This document shows, piece after piece, positions 37,001-51,024 of a stretch of DNA of 64,000 bases (the first letter of the stretch is position 1; every line of letters starts with the position of its first letter). This stretch comes from Nemertoderma westbladi. Lineage: Eukaryota > Animalia > Xenacoelomorpha. The notes below the pieces were generated by a model, which was not told the origin of the DNA, ran no database searches, and worked only from the letters and a program-made list of their open reading frames with translations. The stretch lies in NCBI GenBank assembly GCA_032718475.1, contig JAUCBJ010003233.1, positions 8,742-72,741 on the forward strand. The letters are read 5' to 3'. The position numbers and the translations under genes are program-made.

Positions 37001-40000
37001 GATGAGATGACAATGTCGATGTCGGAGTCTGAGGCGGCAGATGAGATGACAATGTCGATGTCAGACTCAGAGGCGGCTGATGAGATGACAATGTCGATGT
37101 CGGACTCAGAGGCGGCTGATGAGATGACAATGTCGATGTCGGAGTCTGAGGCGGCTGATGAGATGACAATGTCGATGTCGGACTCAGAGGCGGCTGATGA
37201 GATAACAATGTCGATGTCGGACTAAGAGGGGGCTGATGAGATGACAATGTCGAAGTCGGACTCAGAGGCGGCTGATGAGATGACAATGTCGATGTCAGAC
37301 TAAGAGAAGAGGCGGCTGATGAGATGACAATGTCGATGTCGGACTTAGAGGCGGCTGATGAGATGACAATGTCGATGTCGGACTCAGAGGCGGCTGATGA
37401 GATGACAATGTCGATGTCGGACTCAGAGGCGGCTGATGAGATGACAATGTCGATGTCGGAGTCTAAGGCGGCTGATGAGATGACAATGTCGATGTCGGAC
37501 TCAGAGGCGGCTGATGAGATGACAATGTCGATGTCGGACTAAGAGGGGGCTGATGAGATGACAATGTCGAAGTCGGACTCAGAGGCGGCTGATGAGATGA
37601 CAATGTCGATGTCGGACTTAGAGGCGGCTGATGAGATGACAATGTCGGAGTCTGAGGCGGCGGATGAGATGACAATGTCGATGTCGGACTCAGAGGCGGC
37701 TGATGAGATGACAATGTCGATGTCGGACTAAGAGGCGACAGGTGAGATGACAATGTCGATGTCGGACTCAGAGGCGGATGATGAGATGACAATGTCGATG
37801 TCGGACTCAGAGGCGGCTGATGAGACGACAATGTCGATGTCGGACTCAGAGGCGGCTGATGAGATGACAATGTCGATGTCGGACTAAGAGAAGAGGCGGC
37901 TGATGAGATGACAATGTCGATGTCGGACTTAGAGGCGGCTGATGAGATGACAATGTCGATGTCGGAGTCTGAGGCGGCAGATGAGATGACAATGTCGATG
38001 TCGGACTCAGAGGCGGCTGATGAGATGACAATGTCGATGTCGGACTCAGAGGCGGCTGATGAGATGACAATGTCGATGTCGGAGTCTGAGGCGGCTGATG
38101 AGATGACAATGTCGATGTCGGACTCAGAGGCGGCTGATGAGATGACAATGTCGATGTCGGACTAAGAGGCGGTTGATGAGATGACAATGTCGATGTCGGA
38201 CTCAGAGGCGGCTGACAAGATGACAATGTCGATGTCGGACTCAGAGGCGGCTGATGAGATGACAATGTCGATGTCGGACTCAGAGGCGGCTGATGAGATG
38301 ACAATGTCGATGTCGGACTTAGAGGCGGCTGATGAGATGACAATGTCGATGTCGGAGTCTGAGGCGGCAGATGAGATGACAATGTCGATGTCGGACTCAG
38401 AGGCGGCTGATGAGATGACAATGTCGATGTCGGACTAAGAGGCGGCAGGTGAGATGACAATGTCGATGTCGGACTCAGAGGCGGCTGATGAGATGACAAT
38501 GTCGATGTCGGACTAAGAGGCGGCAGGTGAGATGACAATGTCGATGTCGGACTCAGAGGCGGATGATGAGATGACAATGTCGATGTCGGACTCAGAGGCG
38601 GCTGATGAGACGACAATGTCGATGTCGGACTCAGAGGCGGCTGATGAGATGACAATGTCGATGTCGGACTAAGAGAAGAGGCGGCTGATGAGATGACAAT
38701 GTCGATGTCGGACTTAGAGGCGGCTGATGAGATGACAATGTCGATGTCGGACTAAGAGGGGGCTGATGAGATGACAATGTCGATGGCGGACTCAGAGGCG
38801 GCTGATGAGATGACAATGTCGATGTCGGACTTAGAGGCGGCTGATGAGATGACAATGTCGATGTCGGAGTCTGAGGCGGCGGATGAGATGACAATGTCGT
38901 TGTCGGACTCAGAGGCGGCTGATGAGATGACAATGTCGATGTCGGACTAAGAGGCGGCAGGTGAGATGACAATGTCGATGTCGGACTCAGAGGGGGATGA
39001 TGAGATGACAATGTCGATGTCGGACTCAGAGGCGGCTGATGAGACGACAATGTCGATGTCGGACTCAGAGGCGGCTGATGAGATGACAATGTCGATGTCG
39101 GACTAAGAGAAGAGGCGGCTGATGAGATGACAATGTCGATGTCGGACTTAGAGGCGGCTGATGATATGACAATGTCGATGTCGGAGTCTGAGGCGGCCGA
39201 TGAGATGACAATGTCGGACTAAGAGGCGGCAGATGAGATGACAATGTCGATGTCAGACTCAGAGGCGGCTGATGGAATGACAATGTCGATGTTGGAGTCT
39301 GAGGCGGCAGATGAGATGACAATGTCGATGTCGGACTCAGAGGCGGCTGATGAAATGACAATGTCGATGTCGGAGTCTGAGGCGGCAGATGAGATGACAA
39401 TGTCGATGTCGGACTAAGAGAAGAGGCGGCTGATGAGATGACAATGTCGATGTCGGACTTAGAGGCGGCTGATGAGATGACAATGTCGATGTCGGAGTCT
39501 GAGGCGGCAGATGAGATGACAATGTCGATGTCGGAGTCTGAGGCGGCTGATGAGATGACAATGTCGATGTCGGACTCAGAGGCGGCTGATGAGATGACAA
39601 TGTCGATGTCGGACTCAGAGGCGGCTGATGAGATGACAATGTCGATGTCGGAGTCTGAGGCGGCTGATGAGATGACAATGTCGATGTCGGACTCAGAGGC
39701 GGCTGACAAGATGACAATGTCGATGTCGGACTCAGAGGCGGCTGATGAGATGACAATGTCGATGTCGGACTCAGAGGCGGCTGATGAGATGACAATGTCG
39801 ATGTCGGACTTAGAGGCGGCTGATGAGATGACAATGTCGATGTCGGAGTCTGAGGCGGCAGATGAGATGACAATGTCGATGTCGGACTCAGAGGCGGCTG
39901 ATGAGATGACAATGTCGATGTCGGACTAAGAGGCGGCAGATGAGATATGACAATGTCGATGTCGGACTCAGAGGCGGCTGATAAGATGACAATGTCGATA

Positions 40001-43000
40001 TCGGAGTCTGAGGCGGCAGATGAGATGACAATGTCGATGTCGGACTCAGAGGCGGCTGATGAGATGACAATGTCGATGTCGGACTTAGAGGCGGCTGATG
40101 AGATGACAATGTCGATGTCGGAGTCTGAGGTGGCAGATGAGATGAAAATGTCGATGTCGGACTTAGAGGCGGCTGATGAGCTGACAATGTCGGAGTCTGA
40201 GGCGGCAGATGAGATGAAAATGTCGATGTCGGATTCAGAGGCGGCTGATGAAATGACAATGTCGATGTCGGACTAAGAGGCGGCTGATGACATGACAATG
40301 TCGATGTCGGACTCAGACGCGGCTGACGAGATGACAAAGTCGATGTCGGACTCAGAGGCGGCTGATGAGATGACAATGTCGATGTCGGACTCAGAGGCGG
40401 CTGATGAGATGACAATGTCGATGTCGGACTAAGAAAAGAGGCGGCTGATGAGATGACAATGTCGATGTCTGAGTCTGAGGCGGCAGATGAGATGACAATG
40501 TCGATGTCGGACTCAGAGGCGGCTGATGAGATGACAATGTCGATGTTGGACTAAGAGGCGGCAGATGAGATGACAATGTCGATGTCAGACTCAGAGGCGG
40601 CTGATGGGATGACAATGTCGATGTTGGAGTCTGAGGCGGCAGATGAGATGACAATGTCGATGTCGGACTCAGAGGCGGCTGATGAGATGACAATGTCGAT
40701 GGCGGAGTCTGAGGCGGCAGATGAGATGACAATGTCGATGTCGGACTCAGAGGCGGCTGATGAGATGACAATGTCGATGTCGGACTTAGAGGCGGCTGAT
40801 GAGATGACAATGTCGATGTCGGAGTCTGAGGCGGCAGATGAGATGACAATGTCGATGTCGGACTCAGAGGCGGCTGATGAGATGACAATGTCGATGTCGG
40901 ACTAAGAGGCGGCAGATGAGATATGACAATGTCGATGTCGGACTCAGAGGCGGCTGATAAGATGACAATGTCGATATCGGAGTCTAAGGCGGCAGATGAG
41001 ATGACAATGTCGATGTCGGACTCAGAGGCGGCTGATGAGATGACAATGTCGATGTCGGACTTAGAGGCGGCTGATGAGATGACAATGTCGATGTCGGAGT
41101 CTGAGGCGGCTGATGAGATGACAATGTCGATGTCGGACTCAGAGGCGGCTGATGAGATGACAATGTCGATGTCGGACTCAGAGGCGGCTGATGAGATGAC
41201 AATGTCGATGTCGGAGTCTGAGGCGGCTGATGAGATGACAATGTCGATGTCGGACTCAGAGGCGGCTGACAAGATGACAATGTCGATGTCGGACTCAGAG
41301 GCGGCTGATGAGATGACAATGTCGATGTCGGACTCAGAGGCGGCTGATGAGATGACAATGTCGATGTCGGACTTAGAGGCGGCTGATGAGATGACAATGT
41401 CGATGTCGGAGTCTGAGGCGGCAGATGAGATGACAATGTCGATGTCGGACTCAGAGGCGGCTGATGAGATGACAATGTCGATGTCGGACTAAGAGGCGGC
41501 AGATGAGATATGACAATGTCGATGTCGGACTCAGAGGCGGCTGATAAGATGACAATGTCGATATCGGAGTCTGAGGCGGCAGATGAGATGACAATGTCGA
41601 TGTCGGACTCAGAGGCGGCTGATGAGATGACAATGTCGATGTCGGACTTAGAGGCGGCTGATGAGATGACAATGTCGATGTCGGAGTCTGAGGTGGCAGA
41701 TGAGATGAAAATGTCGATGTCGGACTTAGAGGCGGCTGATGAGCTGACAATGTCGGAGTCTGAGGCGGCAGATGAGATGAAAATGTCGATGTCGGATTCA
41801 GAGGCGGCTGATGAAATGACAATGTCGATGTCGGACTAAGAGGCGGCTGATGACATGACAATGTCGATGTCGGACTCAGAGGCGGCTGACGAGATGACAA
41901 AGTCGATGTCGGACTCAGAGGCGGCTGATGAGATGACAATGTCGATGTCGGACTCAGAGGCGGCTGATGAGATGACAATGTCGATGTCGGACTAAGAAAA
42001 GAGGCGGCTGATGAGATGACAATGTCGATGTCTGAGTCTGAGGCGGCAGATGAGATGACAATGTCGATGTCAGACTCAGAGGCGGCTGATGAGATGACAA
42101 TGTCGATGTTGGACTAAGAGGCGGCAGATGAGATGACAATGTCGATGTCAGACTCAGAGGCGGCTGATGGGATGACAATGTCGATGTTGGAGTCTGAGGC
42201 GGCAGATGAGATGACAATGTCGATGTCGGACTCAGAGGCGGCTGATGAGATGACAATGTCGATGGCGGAGTCTGAGGCGGCAGATGAGATGACAATGTCG
42301 ATGTCGGACTCAGAGGCGGCTGATGAGATGACAATGTCGATGTCGGACTTAGAGGCGGCTGATGAGATGACAATGTCGATGTCGGAGTCTGAGGCGGCAG
42401 ATGAGATGACAATGTCGATGTCGGACTCAGAGGCGGCTGATGAGATGACAATGTCGATGTCGGACTAAGAGGCGGCAGATGAGATATGACAATGTCGATG
42501 TCGGACTCAGAGGCGGCTGATAAGATGACAATGTCGATATCGGAGTCTGAGGCGGCAGATGAGATGACAATGTCGATGTCGGACTCAGAGGCGGCTGATG
42601 AGATGACAATGTCGATGTCGGACTTAGAGGCGGCTGATGAGATGACAATGTCGATGTCGGACTCAGAGGCGGCTGATGAGATGACAATGTCGATGTCGGA
42701 CTTAGAGGCGGCTGATGAGATGACAATGTCGATGTCGGAGTCTGAGGTGGCAGATGAGATGAAAATGTCGATGTCGGACTTAGAGGCGGCTGATGAGCTG
42801 ACAATGTCGGAGTCTGAGGCGGCAGATGAGATGAAAATGTCGATGTCGGATTCAGAGGCGGCTGATGAAATGACAATGTCGATGTCGGACTAAGAGGCGG
42901 CTGATGACATGCCAATGTCGATGTCGGACTCAGAGGCGGCTGACGAGATGACAAAGTCGATGTCGGACTCAGAGGCGGCTGATGAGATGACAATGTCGAT

Positions 43001-46000
43001 GTCGGACTCAGAGGCGGCTGATGAGATGACAATGTCGATGTCGGACTAAGAAAAGAGGCGGCTGATGAGATGACAATGTCGATGTCTGAGTCTGAGGCGG
43101 CAGATGAGATGACAATGTCGATGTCGGACTCAGAGGCGGCTGATGAGATGACAATGTCGATGTTGGACTAAGAGGCGGCAGATGAGATGACAATGTCGAT
43201 GTCAGACTCAGAGGCGGCTGATGGGATGACAATGTCGATGTTGGAGTCTGAGGCGGCAGATGAGATGACAATGTCGATGTCGGACTCAGAGGCGGCTGAT
43301 GAGATGACAATGTCGATGGCGGAGTCTGAGGCGGCAGAAGAGATGACAATGTCGATGTCGGACTCAGAGGCGGCTGATGAGATGACAATGTCGATGTCGG
43401 ACTTAGAGGCGGCTGATGAGATGACAATGTCGATGTCGGAGTCTGAGGCGGCAGATGAGATGACAATGTCGATGTCGGACTCAGAGGCGGCTGATGAGAT
43501 GACAATGTCGATGTCGGACTAAGAGGCGGCAGATGAGATATGACAATGTCGATGTCGGACTCAGAGGCGGCTGATAAGATGACAATGTCGATATCGGAGT
43601 CTGAGGCGGCAGATGAGATGACAATGTCGATGTCGGACTCAGAGGCGGCTGATGAGATGACAATGTCGATGTCGGACTTAGAGGCGGCTGATGAGATGAC
43701 AATGTCGATGTCGGAGTCTGAGGTGGCAGATGAGATGACAATGTCGATGTCGGACTTAGAGGCGGCTGATGAGCTGACAATGTCGGAGTCTGAGGCGGCA
43801 GATGAGATGACAATGTCGATGTCGGACTCAGAGGCGGCTGATGAGATGACAATGTCGATGTCGGACTTAGAGGCGGCTGATGAGATGACAATGTCGATGT
43901 CGGAGTCTGAGGTGGCAGATGAGATGACAATGTCGATGTCGGACTTAGAGGCGGCTGATGAGCTGACAATGTCGGAGTCTGAGGTGGCAGATGAGATGAA
44001 AATGTCGATGTCGGATTCAGAGGCGGCTGATGAAATGACAATGTCGATGTCGGACTAAGAGGCGGCTGATGACATGACAATGTCGATGTCGGACTCGAGG
44101 CGGCTGACGAGATGACAATGTCGATGTCGGACTTAGAGGCGGCTGATGAGATGACAATGTCGATGTCGGAGTCTGAGGCGGCAGATGAGATGACAATGTC
44201 GATGTCGGACTCAGAGGCGGCTGATGAGATGACAATGTCGATGTCGGACTAAGAGGCGGCAGGTGAGATGACAATGTCGATGTCGGACTCAGAGGCGGCT
44301 GATGAGATGACAATGTCGATGTCGGACTAAGAGGCGGCAGGTGAGATGACAATGTCGATGTCGGACTCAGAGGCGGATGATGAGATGACAATGTCGATGT
44401 CGGACTCAGAGGCGGCTGATGAGACGACAATGTCGATGTCGGACTCAGAGGCGGCTGATGAGATGACAATGTCGATGTCGGACTAAGAGAAGAGGCGGCT
44501 GATGAGATGACAATGTCGATGTCGGACTTAGAGGCGGCTGATGAGATGACAATGTCGATGTCGGACTAAGAGGGGGCTGATGAGATGACAATGTCGATGG
44601 CGGACTCAGAGGCGGCTGATGAGATGACAATGTCGATGTCGGACTTAGAGGCGGCTGATGAGATGACAATGTCGATGTCGGAGTCTGAGGCGGCGGATGA
44701 GATGACAATGTCGTTGTCGGACTCAGAGGCGGCTGATGAGATGACAATGTCGATGTCGGACTAAGAGGCGGCAGGTGAGATGACAATGTCGATGTCGGAC
44801 TCAGAGGGGGATGATGAGATGACAATGTCGATGTCGGACTCAGAGGCGGCTGATGAGACGACAATGTCGATGTCGGACTCAGAGGCGGCTGATGAGATGA
44901 CAATGTCGATGTCGGACTAAGAGAAGAGGCGGCTGATGAGATGACAATGTCGATGTCGGACTTAGAGGCGGCTGATGAGATGACAATGTCGATGTCGGAG
45001 TCTGAGGCGGCCGATGAGATGACAATGTCGATGTCGGACTAAGAGGCGGCAGATGAGATGACAATGTCGATGTCAGACTCAGAGGCGGCTGATGGAATGA
45101 CAATGTCGATGTTGGAGTCTGAGGCGGCAGATGAGATGACAATGTCGATGTCGGACTCAGAGGCGGCTGATGAGATGACAATGTCGATGTCGGAGTCTGA
45201 GGCGGCAGATGAGATGACAATGTCGATGTCGGACTAAGAGAAGAGGCGGCTGATGAGATGACAATGTCGATGTCGGACTTAGAGGCGGCTGATGAGATGA
45301 CAATGTCGATGTCGGAGTCTGAGGCGGCAGATGAGATGACAATGTCGATGTCGGAGTCTGAGGCGGCTGATGAGATGACAATGTCGATGTCGGACTCAGA
45401 GGCGGCTGATGAGATGACAATGTCGATGTCGGACTCAGAGGCGGCTGATGAGATGACAATGTCGATGTCGGAGTCTGAGGCGGCTGATGAGATGACAATG
45501 TCGATGTCGGACTCAGAGGCGGCTGACAAGATGACAATGTCGATGTCGGACTCAGAGGCGGCTGATGAGATGACAATGTCGATGTCGGACTCAGAGGCGG
45601 CTGATGAGATGACAATGTCGATGTCGGACTTAGAGGCGGCTGATGAGATGACAATGTCGATGTCGGAGTCTGAGGCGGCAGATGAGATGACAATGTCGAT
45701 GTCGGACTCAGAGGCGGCTGATGAGATGACAATGTCGATGTCGGACTAAGAGGCGGCAGATGAGATATGACAATGTCGATGTCGGACTCAGAGGCGGCTG
45801 ATAAGATGACAATGTCGATATCGGAGTCTGAGGCGGCAGATGAGATGACAATGTCGATGTCGGACTCAGAGGCGGCTGATGAGATGACAATGTCGATGTC
45901 GGACTTAGAGGCGGCTGATGAGATGACAATGTCGATGTCGGAGTCTGAGGTGGCAGATGAGATGACAATGTCGATGTCGGACTTAGAGGCGGCTGATGAG

Positions 46001-49000
46001 CTGACAATGTCGGAGTCTGAGGCGGCAGATGAGATGAAAATATCGATGTCGGATTCAGAGGCGGCTGATGAAATGACAATGTCGATGTCGGACTAAGAGG
46101 CGGCTGATGACATGACAATGTCGATGTCGGACTCAGAGGCGGCTGACGAGATGACAAAGTCGATGTCGGACTCAGAGGCGGCTGATGAGATGACAATGTC
46201 GATGTCGGACTCAGAGGCGGCTGATGAGATGACAATGTCGATGTCGGACTAAGAAAAGAGGCGGCTGATGAGATGACAATGTCGATGTCTGAGTCTGAGG
46301 CGGCAGATGAGATGACAATGTCGATGTCGGACTCAGAGGCGGCTGATGAGATGACAATGTCGATGTTGGACTAAGAGGCGGCAGATGAGATGACAATGTC
46401 GATGTCAGACTCAGAGGCGGCTGATGGGATGACAATGTCGATGTTGGAGTCTGAGGCGGCAGATGAGATGACAATGTCGATGTCGGACTCAGAGGCGGCT
46501 GATGAGATGACAATGTCGATGTCGGAGTCTGAGGCGGCAGATGAGATGACAATGTCGATGTCGGACTCAGAGGCGGCTGATGAGATGACAATGTCGATGT
46601 CGGACTTAGAGGCGGCTGATGAGATGACAATGTCGATGTCGGAGTCTGAGGTGGCAGATGAGATGACAATGTCGATGTCGGACTTAGAGGCGGCTGATGA
46701 GCTGACAATGTCGGAGTCTGAGGCGGCAGATGAGATGAAAATGTCGATGTCGGATTCAGAGGCGGCTGATGAAATGACAATGTCGATGTCGGACTAAGAG
46801 GCGGCTGATGACATGACAATGTCGATGTCGGACTCAGAGGCGGCTGACGAGATGACAAAGTCGATGTCGGACTCAGAGGCGGCTGATGAGATGACAATGT
46901 CGATGTCGGACTCAGAGGCGGCTGATGAGATGACAATGTCGATGTCGGACTAAGAAAAGAGGCGGCTGATGAGATGACAATGTCGATGTCTGAGTCTGAG
47001 GCGGCAGATGAGATGACAATGTCGATGTCGGACTCAGAGGCGGCTGATGAGATGACAATGTCGATGTTGGACTAAGAGGCGGCAGATGAGATGACAATGT
47101 CGATGTCAGACTCAGAGGCGGCTGATGGGATGACAATGTCGATGTTGGAGTCTGAGGCGGCAGATGAGATAACAATGTCGATGTCGGACTCAGAGGCGGC
47201 TGATGAGATGACAATGTCGATGTCGGAGTCTGAGGCGGCAGATGAGATGACAATGTCGATGTCGGACTCAGAGGCGGCTGATGAGATGACAATGTCGATG
47301 TCGGACTTAGAGGCGGCTGATGAGATGACAATGTCGATGTCGGAGTCTGAGGCGGCAGATGAGATGACAATGTCGATGTCGGACTCAGAGGCGGCTGATG
47401 AGATGACAATGTCGATGTCGGACTAAGAGGCGGCAGATGAGATATGACAATGTCGATGTCGGACTCAGAGGCGGCTGATAAGATGACAATGTCGATATCG
47501 GAGTCTGAGGCGGCAGATGAGATGACAATGTCAATGTCGGACTCAGAGGCGGCTGATGAGATGACAATGTCGATGTCGGACTAAGAGGCGGCAGATGAGA
47601 TATGACAATGTCGATGTCGGACTCAGAGGCGGCTGATAAGATGACAATGTCGATATCGGAGTCTGAGGCGGCAGATGAGATGACAATGTCGATGTCGGAC
47701 TCAGAGGCGGCTGATGAGATGACAATGTCGATGTCGGACTTAGAGGCGGCTGATGAGATGACAATGTCGATGTCGGAGTCTGAGGTGGCAGATGAGATGA
47801 CAATGTCGATGTCGGACTTAGAGGCGGCTGATGAGCTGACAATGTCGGAGTCTGAGGCGGCAGATGAGATGACAATGTCGATGTCGGACTCAGAGGCGGC
47901 TGATGAGATGACAATGTCGATGTCGGACTTAGAGGCGGCTGATGAGATGACAATGTCGATGTCGGAGTCTGAGGTGGCAGATGAGATGACAATGTCGATG
48001 TCGGACTTAGAGGCGGCTGATGAGCTGACAATGTCGGAGTCTGAGGTGGCAGATGAGATGAAAATGTCGATGTCGGATTCAGAGGCGGCTGATGAAATGA
48101 CAATGTCGATGTCGGACTAAGAGGCGGCTGATGACATGACAATGTCGATGTCGGACTCGAGGCGGCTGACGAGATGACAATGTCGATGTCGGACTCAGAG
48201 GCGGCTGATGAGATGACAATGTCGATGTCGGACTCAGAGGCGGCTGATGAGATGACAATGTCGATGTCGGACTAAGAAAAGAGGCGGCTGATGAGATGAT
48301 AATGTCGATGTCTGAGTCTGAGGCGGCAGATGAGATGACAATGTCGATGTCGGACTCAGAGGCGGCTGATGAGATGACAATGTCGATGTTGGACTAAGAG
48401 GCGGCAGATGAGATGACAATGTCGATGTTGGAGTCTGAGGCGGCAGATGAGATGACAATGTCGATGTCGGACTAAGAGGCGGCTGATGAGATGACAATGT
48501 CGATGTCGGAGTCTGAGGTGGCAGATGAGATGACAATGTCGATGTCGGACTTAGAGGCGGCTGATGAGCTGACAATGTCGGAGTCTGAGGATGCAGATGA
48601 GATGACAATGTCGATGTCGGACTCAGAGGCGGCTGATGAGATGACAATGTCGATGTCGGACTTAGAGGCGGCTGATGAGATGACAATGTCGATGTCGGAG
48701 TCTGAGGTGGCAGATGAGATGACAATGTCGATGTCGGACTTAGAGGCGGCTGATGAGCTGACAATGTCGGAGTCTGAGGTGGCAGATGAGATGAAAATGT
48801 CGATGTCGGATTCAGAGGCGGCTGATGAAATGACAATGTCGATGTCGGACTAAGAGGCGGCTGATGACATGACAATGTCGATGTCGGACTCGAGGCGGCT
48901 GACGAGATGACAATGTCGATGTCGGACTCAGAGGTGGCTGATGAGATGACAATGTCGATGTCGGACTCAGAGGCGGCTGATGAGATGACAATGTCGATGT

Positions 49001-49398
49001 CGGACTAAGAAAAGAGGCGGCTGATGAGATGACAATGTCGATGTCTGAGTCTGAGGCGGCAGATGAGATGACAATGTCGATGTCGGACTCAGAGGCGGCT
49101 GATGAGATGACAATGTCGATGTTGGACTAAGAGGCGGCGGATGAGATGACAATGTCGATGTTGGAGTCTGAGGCGGCAGATGAGATGACAATGTCGATGT
49201 TGGACTAAGAGGCGGCAGATGAGATGACAATGTCGATGTTGGAGTCTGAGGCGGCAGATGAGATGACAATGTCGATGTCGGACTCAGAGGTGGCTGATGA
49301 GATGACAATGTCGATGTCGGAGTCTGAGGCGGCAGATGAGATGACAATGTCGATGTCGGACTCAGAGGCGGCTGATGAGATGACAATGTCGATGTTGG
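34039..49398. repeat. 39-bp satellite array (~390 monomers) with higher-order structure
   Basis: Consensus gaggcggctgatgagatgacaatgtcgatgtcggactca; recurrent +5, +2 and -6 bp variants. Confidence 0.98.
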
Positions 49399-51009
49399 TG
49401 TTCGCGGTATTTCAACTTTCCATAACGCGAGTTGAATATTTTTGTATTTATTTAAAATTGATTATTCCGATATTACTACTGGGTGCGGGACCATGGGTTT
49501 TGGGCACATTCAATAAACTGGGGGCGATTTATGGGCGAACTTTGGGGCAACTTACAGGGTACGGGAATAATTTCATAGTTATAAGGGCCAGGGGGGATGG
49601 AAAATGCAAGCAGTATTCAGGTTAGCCTGAGTACTATTAGGCCCTGGCCAACTTCCTGCTGCCTGTAGGGGTGGATTTGGTAATGCGCCAGGCCTAAAGG
49701 ACAAGGACTGCCCTTAGCGGTCCCTGGCCAACAGCAGCCATTACGAGACTGAAAAGAACTCGGACCGCTGACTGCTTGTGTCAGGGATTTGCGACGGGCA
49801 CCGACGGCCCCTTAGTAGCCAAGCCGTTCTGGTTCTCGATGATCGTTCCCTTCGGGGTTCGTGAGGGGTGGAGCGGACACGCGAACGGGTGGCCAACTAA
49901 CGACTGCCCCCTGACCTAAGCCGTACTGGTTCTCGATGACCGATCCCTTCGGGGTTCGTGAGGGGTGGGACGGACATGCGAAAGGGCTGGCCACAGGACG
50001 GGTTTGACGAGAACTGCCCTTAGCGGTCTCTGGTCAACGGCAGCTACTACGAGACTGAAAAGAACTCGGAACGCTGACTGCTTGTACTGGGATTTGCGAC
50101 GGGAACCGACGACAGACCCCTTAGCCAAGCCGTACTGGTTCTCGATGATCGTTCCCTTCGGGGTTCGTGAGGGGTGGAACGGACACGCGATGGGGTCGAA
50201 AGACAAAGGACTAGACTCGACTAGACTCTACAGGCCTACCGACTGTTCGGAACAGTTTCTCGGCTGCCGAAGCGACTACGAGCCTGAAAGGGACTCGGAA
50301 AGCCTAGGTGGTTGGGTTTCTGCGATGAAACGACGGACCCCTAGCCAAGCCGTTCTGGTTCTCGATGATCGAACCCTTCGGGGTTCGTGAGGGGTGGAAC
50401 GGACACGCGAACGGGTCCACCGACATGACAGACTCCTAGCCAAGCCGTACTGGTTCTCGATGACCGATCCCTTCGGGGTTCGAGAGGGGTGGTACGGATA
50501 CGCGACAGAGTCTACCGACTGGACCGACCCTTAGCCAAGCCGGGCTGGTTCTCAATGATCGTTCCCTTCGGGGTTCGTGAGGGGTGGAACGGACACGCGA
50601 CAGGGTCGACCGACACTGACACTACGGCACTAAGACTAGGACCGAGGGAAAATCTGGGGAATATTAGGTAGGCTAAAATTCTGAGCAAACAGTGGGTAAT
50701 TAAATAATATACTGTAGGGATTTATATTATCGTGTATAATTATTGTGAATATTTGGTGTATATTGATTTGGGGAAGCCCAAAATTATTCTTAATCAAGTT
50801 TCAATGATGTTGAACAGGTTTCAACTATAGGAAGTTACATTAAAGAGTATATCCAACTAATGCAGCTTTTTATCAACCGCAAACTTGCATCTCAGAAAAC
50901 ATTCCCTCCCCACAATCAATATCCGGTGACTGGCCGGGGCTCGGTGGTCTGTTAAGTCACGTCTCCAGCATCGGCGTTTTTCCCCCCTGGTGTAGGGATA
51001 ACGGCAACA
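49399..51009 (+). repeat. 5' LTR (1611 bp)
   Basis: tgttcgcgg...ggcaaca; about 9 substitutions vs the 3' LTR by eye. Confidence 0.97.
49824..50592 (+). ncRNA. Array of six 53-nt K-turn/cUUCGg hairpins (5' LTR copy)
   Basis: CCGUWC UGG UUCUC GAU GA YCG..CCC UUCG GGG..CG U GA GGGG UG GWACGG at 49824, 49921, 50130, 50350, 50445, 50540. Confidence 0.75.
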
Positions 51010-51011
51010 AA

Positions 51012-51024
51012 ATTAAGAATAATT
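51012..51024 (+). promoter_or_regulatory. Atypical primer-binding site complementary to LTR 50782-50794
   Basis: ATTAAGAATAATT lies 2 nt after the LTR and is the exact reverse complement of AATTATTCTTAAT; no TGG tRNA-type PBS next to the LTR. Confidence 0.6.

Noticed and set aside
34039-49398. CTGATGAG in nearly every monomer suggesting a hammerhead satellite, or a CRISPR-like array
   Set aside because: No stem II followed by GAAA and no stems I/III; no unique spacers, no cas genes, eukaryotic context
33890-49625. Dozens of ORFs (MTMSMSDSEAADE, SSHQPPLSPTSTL, SESDIDIVISSAA repeats)
   Set aside because: By-products of a 39-bp (13-codon) monomer; frequent stops and +5/+2 frameshifting variants show no coding constraint
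49824-50592. LTR hairpins as canonical SECIS elements, box C/D snoRNAs or known ribozymes
   Set aside because: Helix above the GA quartet is short, capped by UUCG and lacks AAR; no guide regions; no hammerhead, twister or pistol core recognised
49812-50671. Short ORFs in both LTRs
   Set aside because: They translate the RNA repeat units in varying frames; conservation follows base-pairing rather than codons
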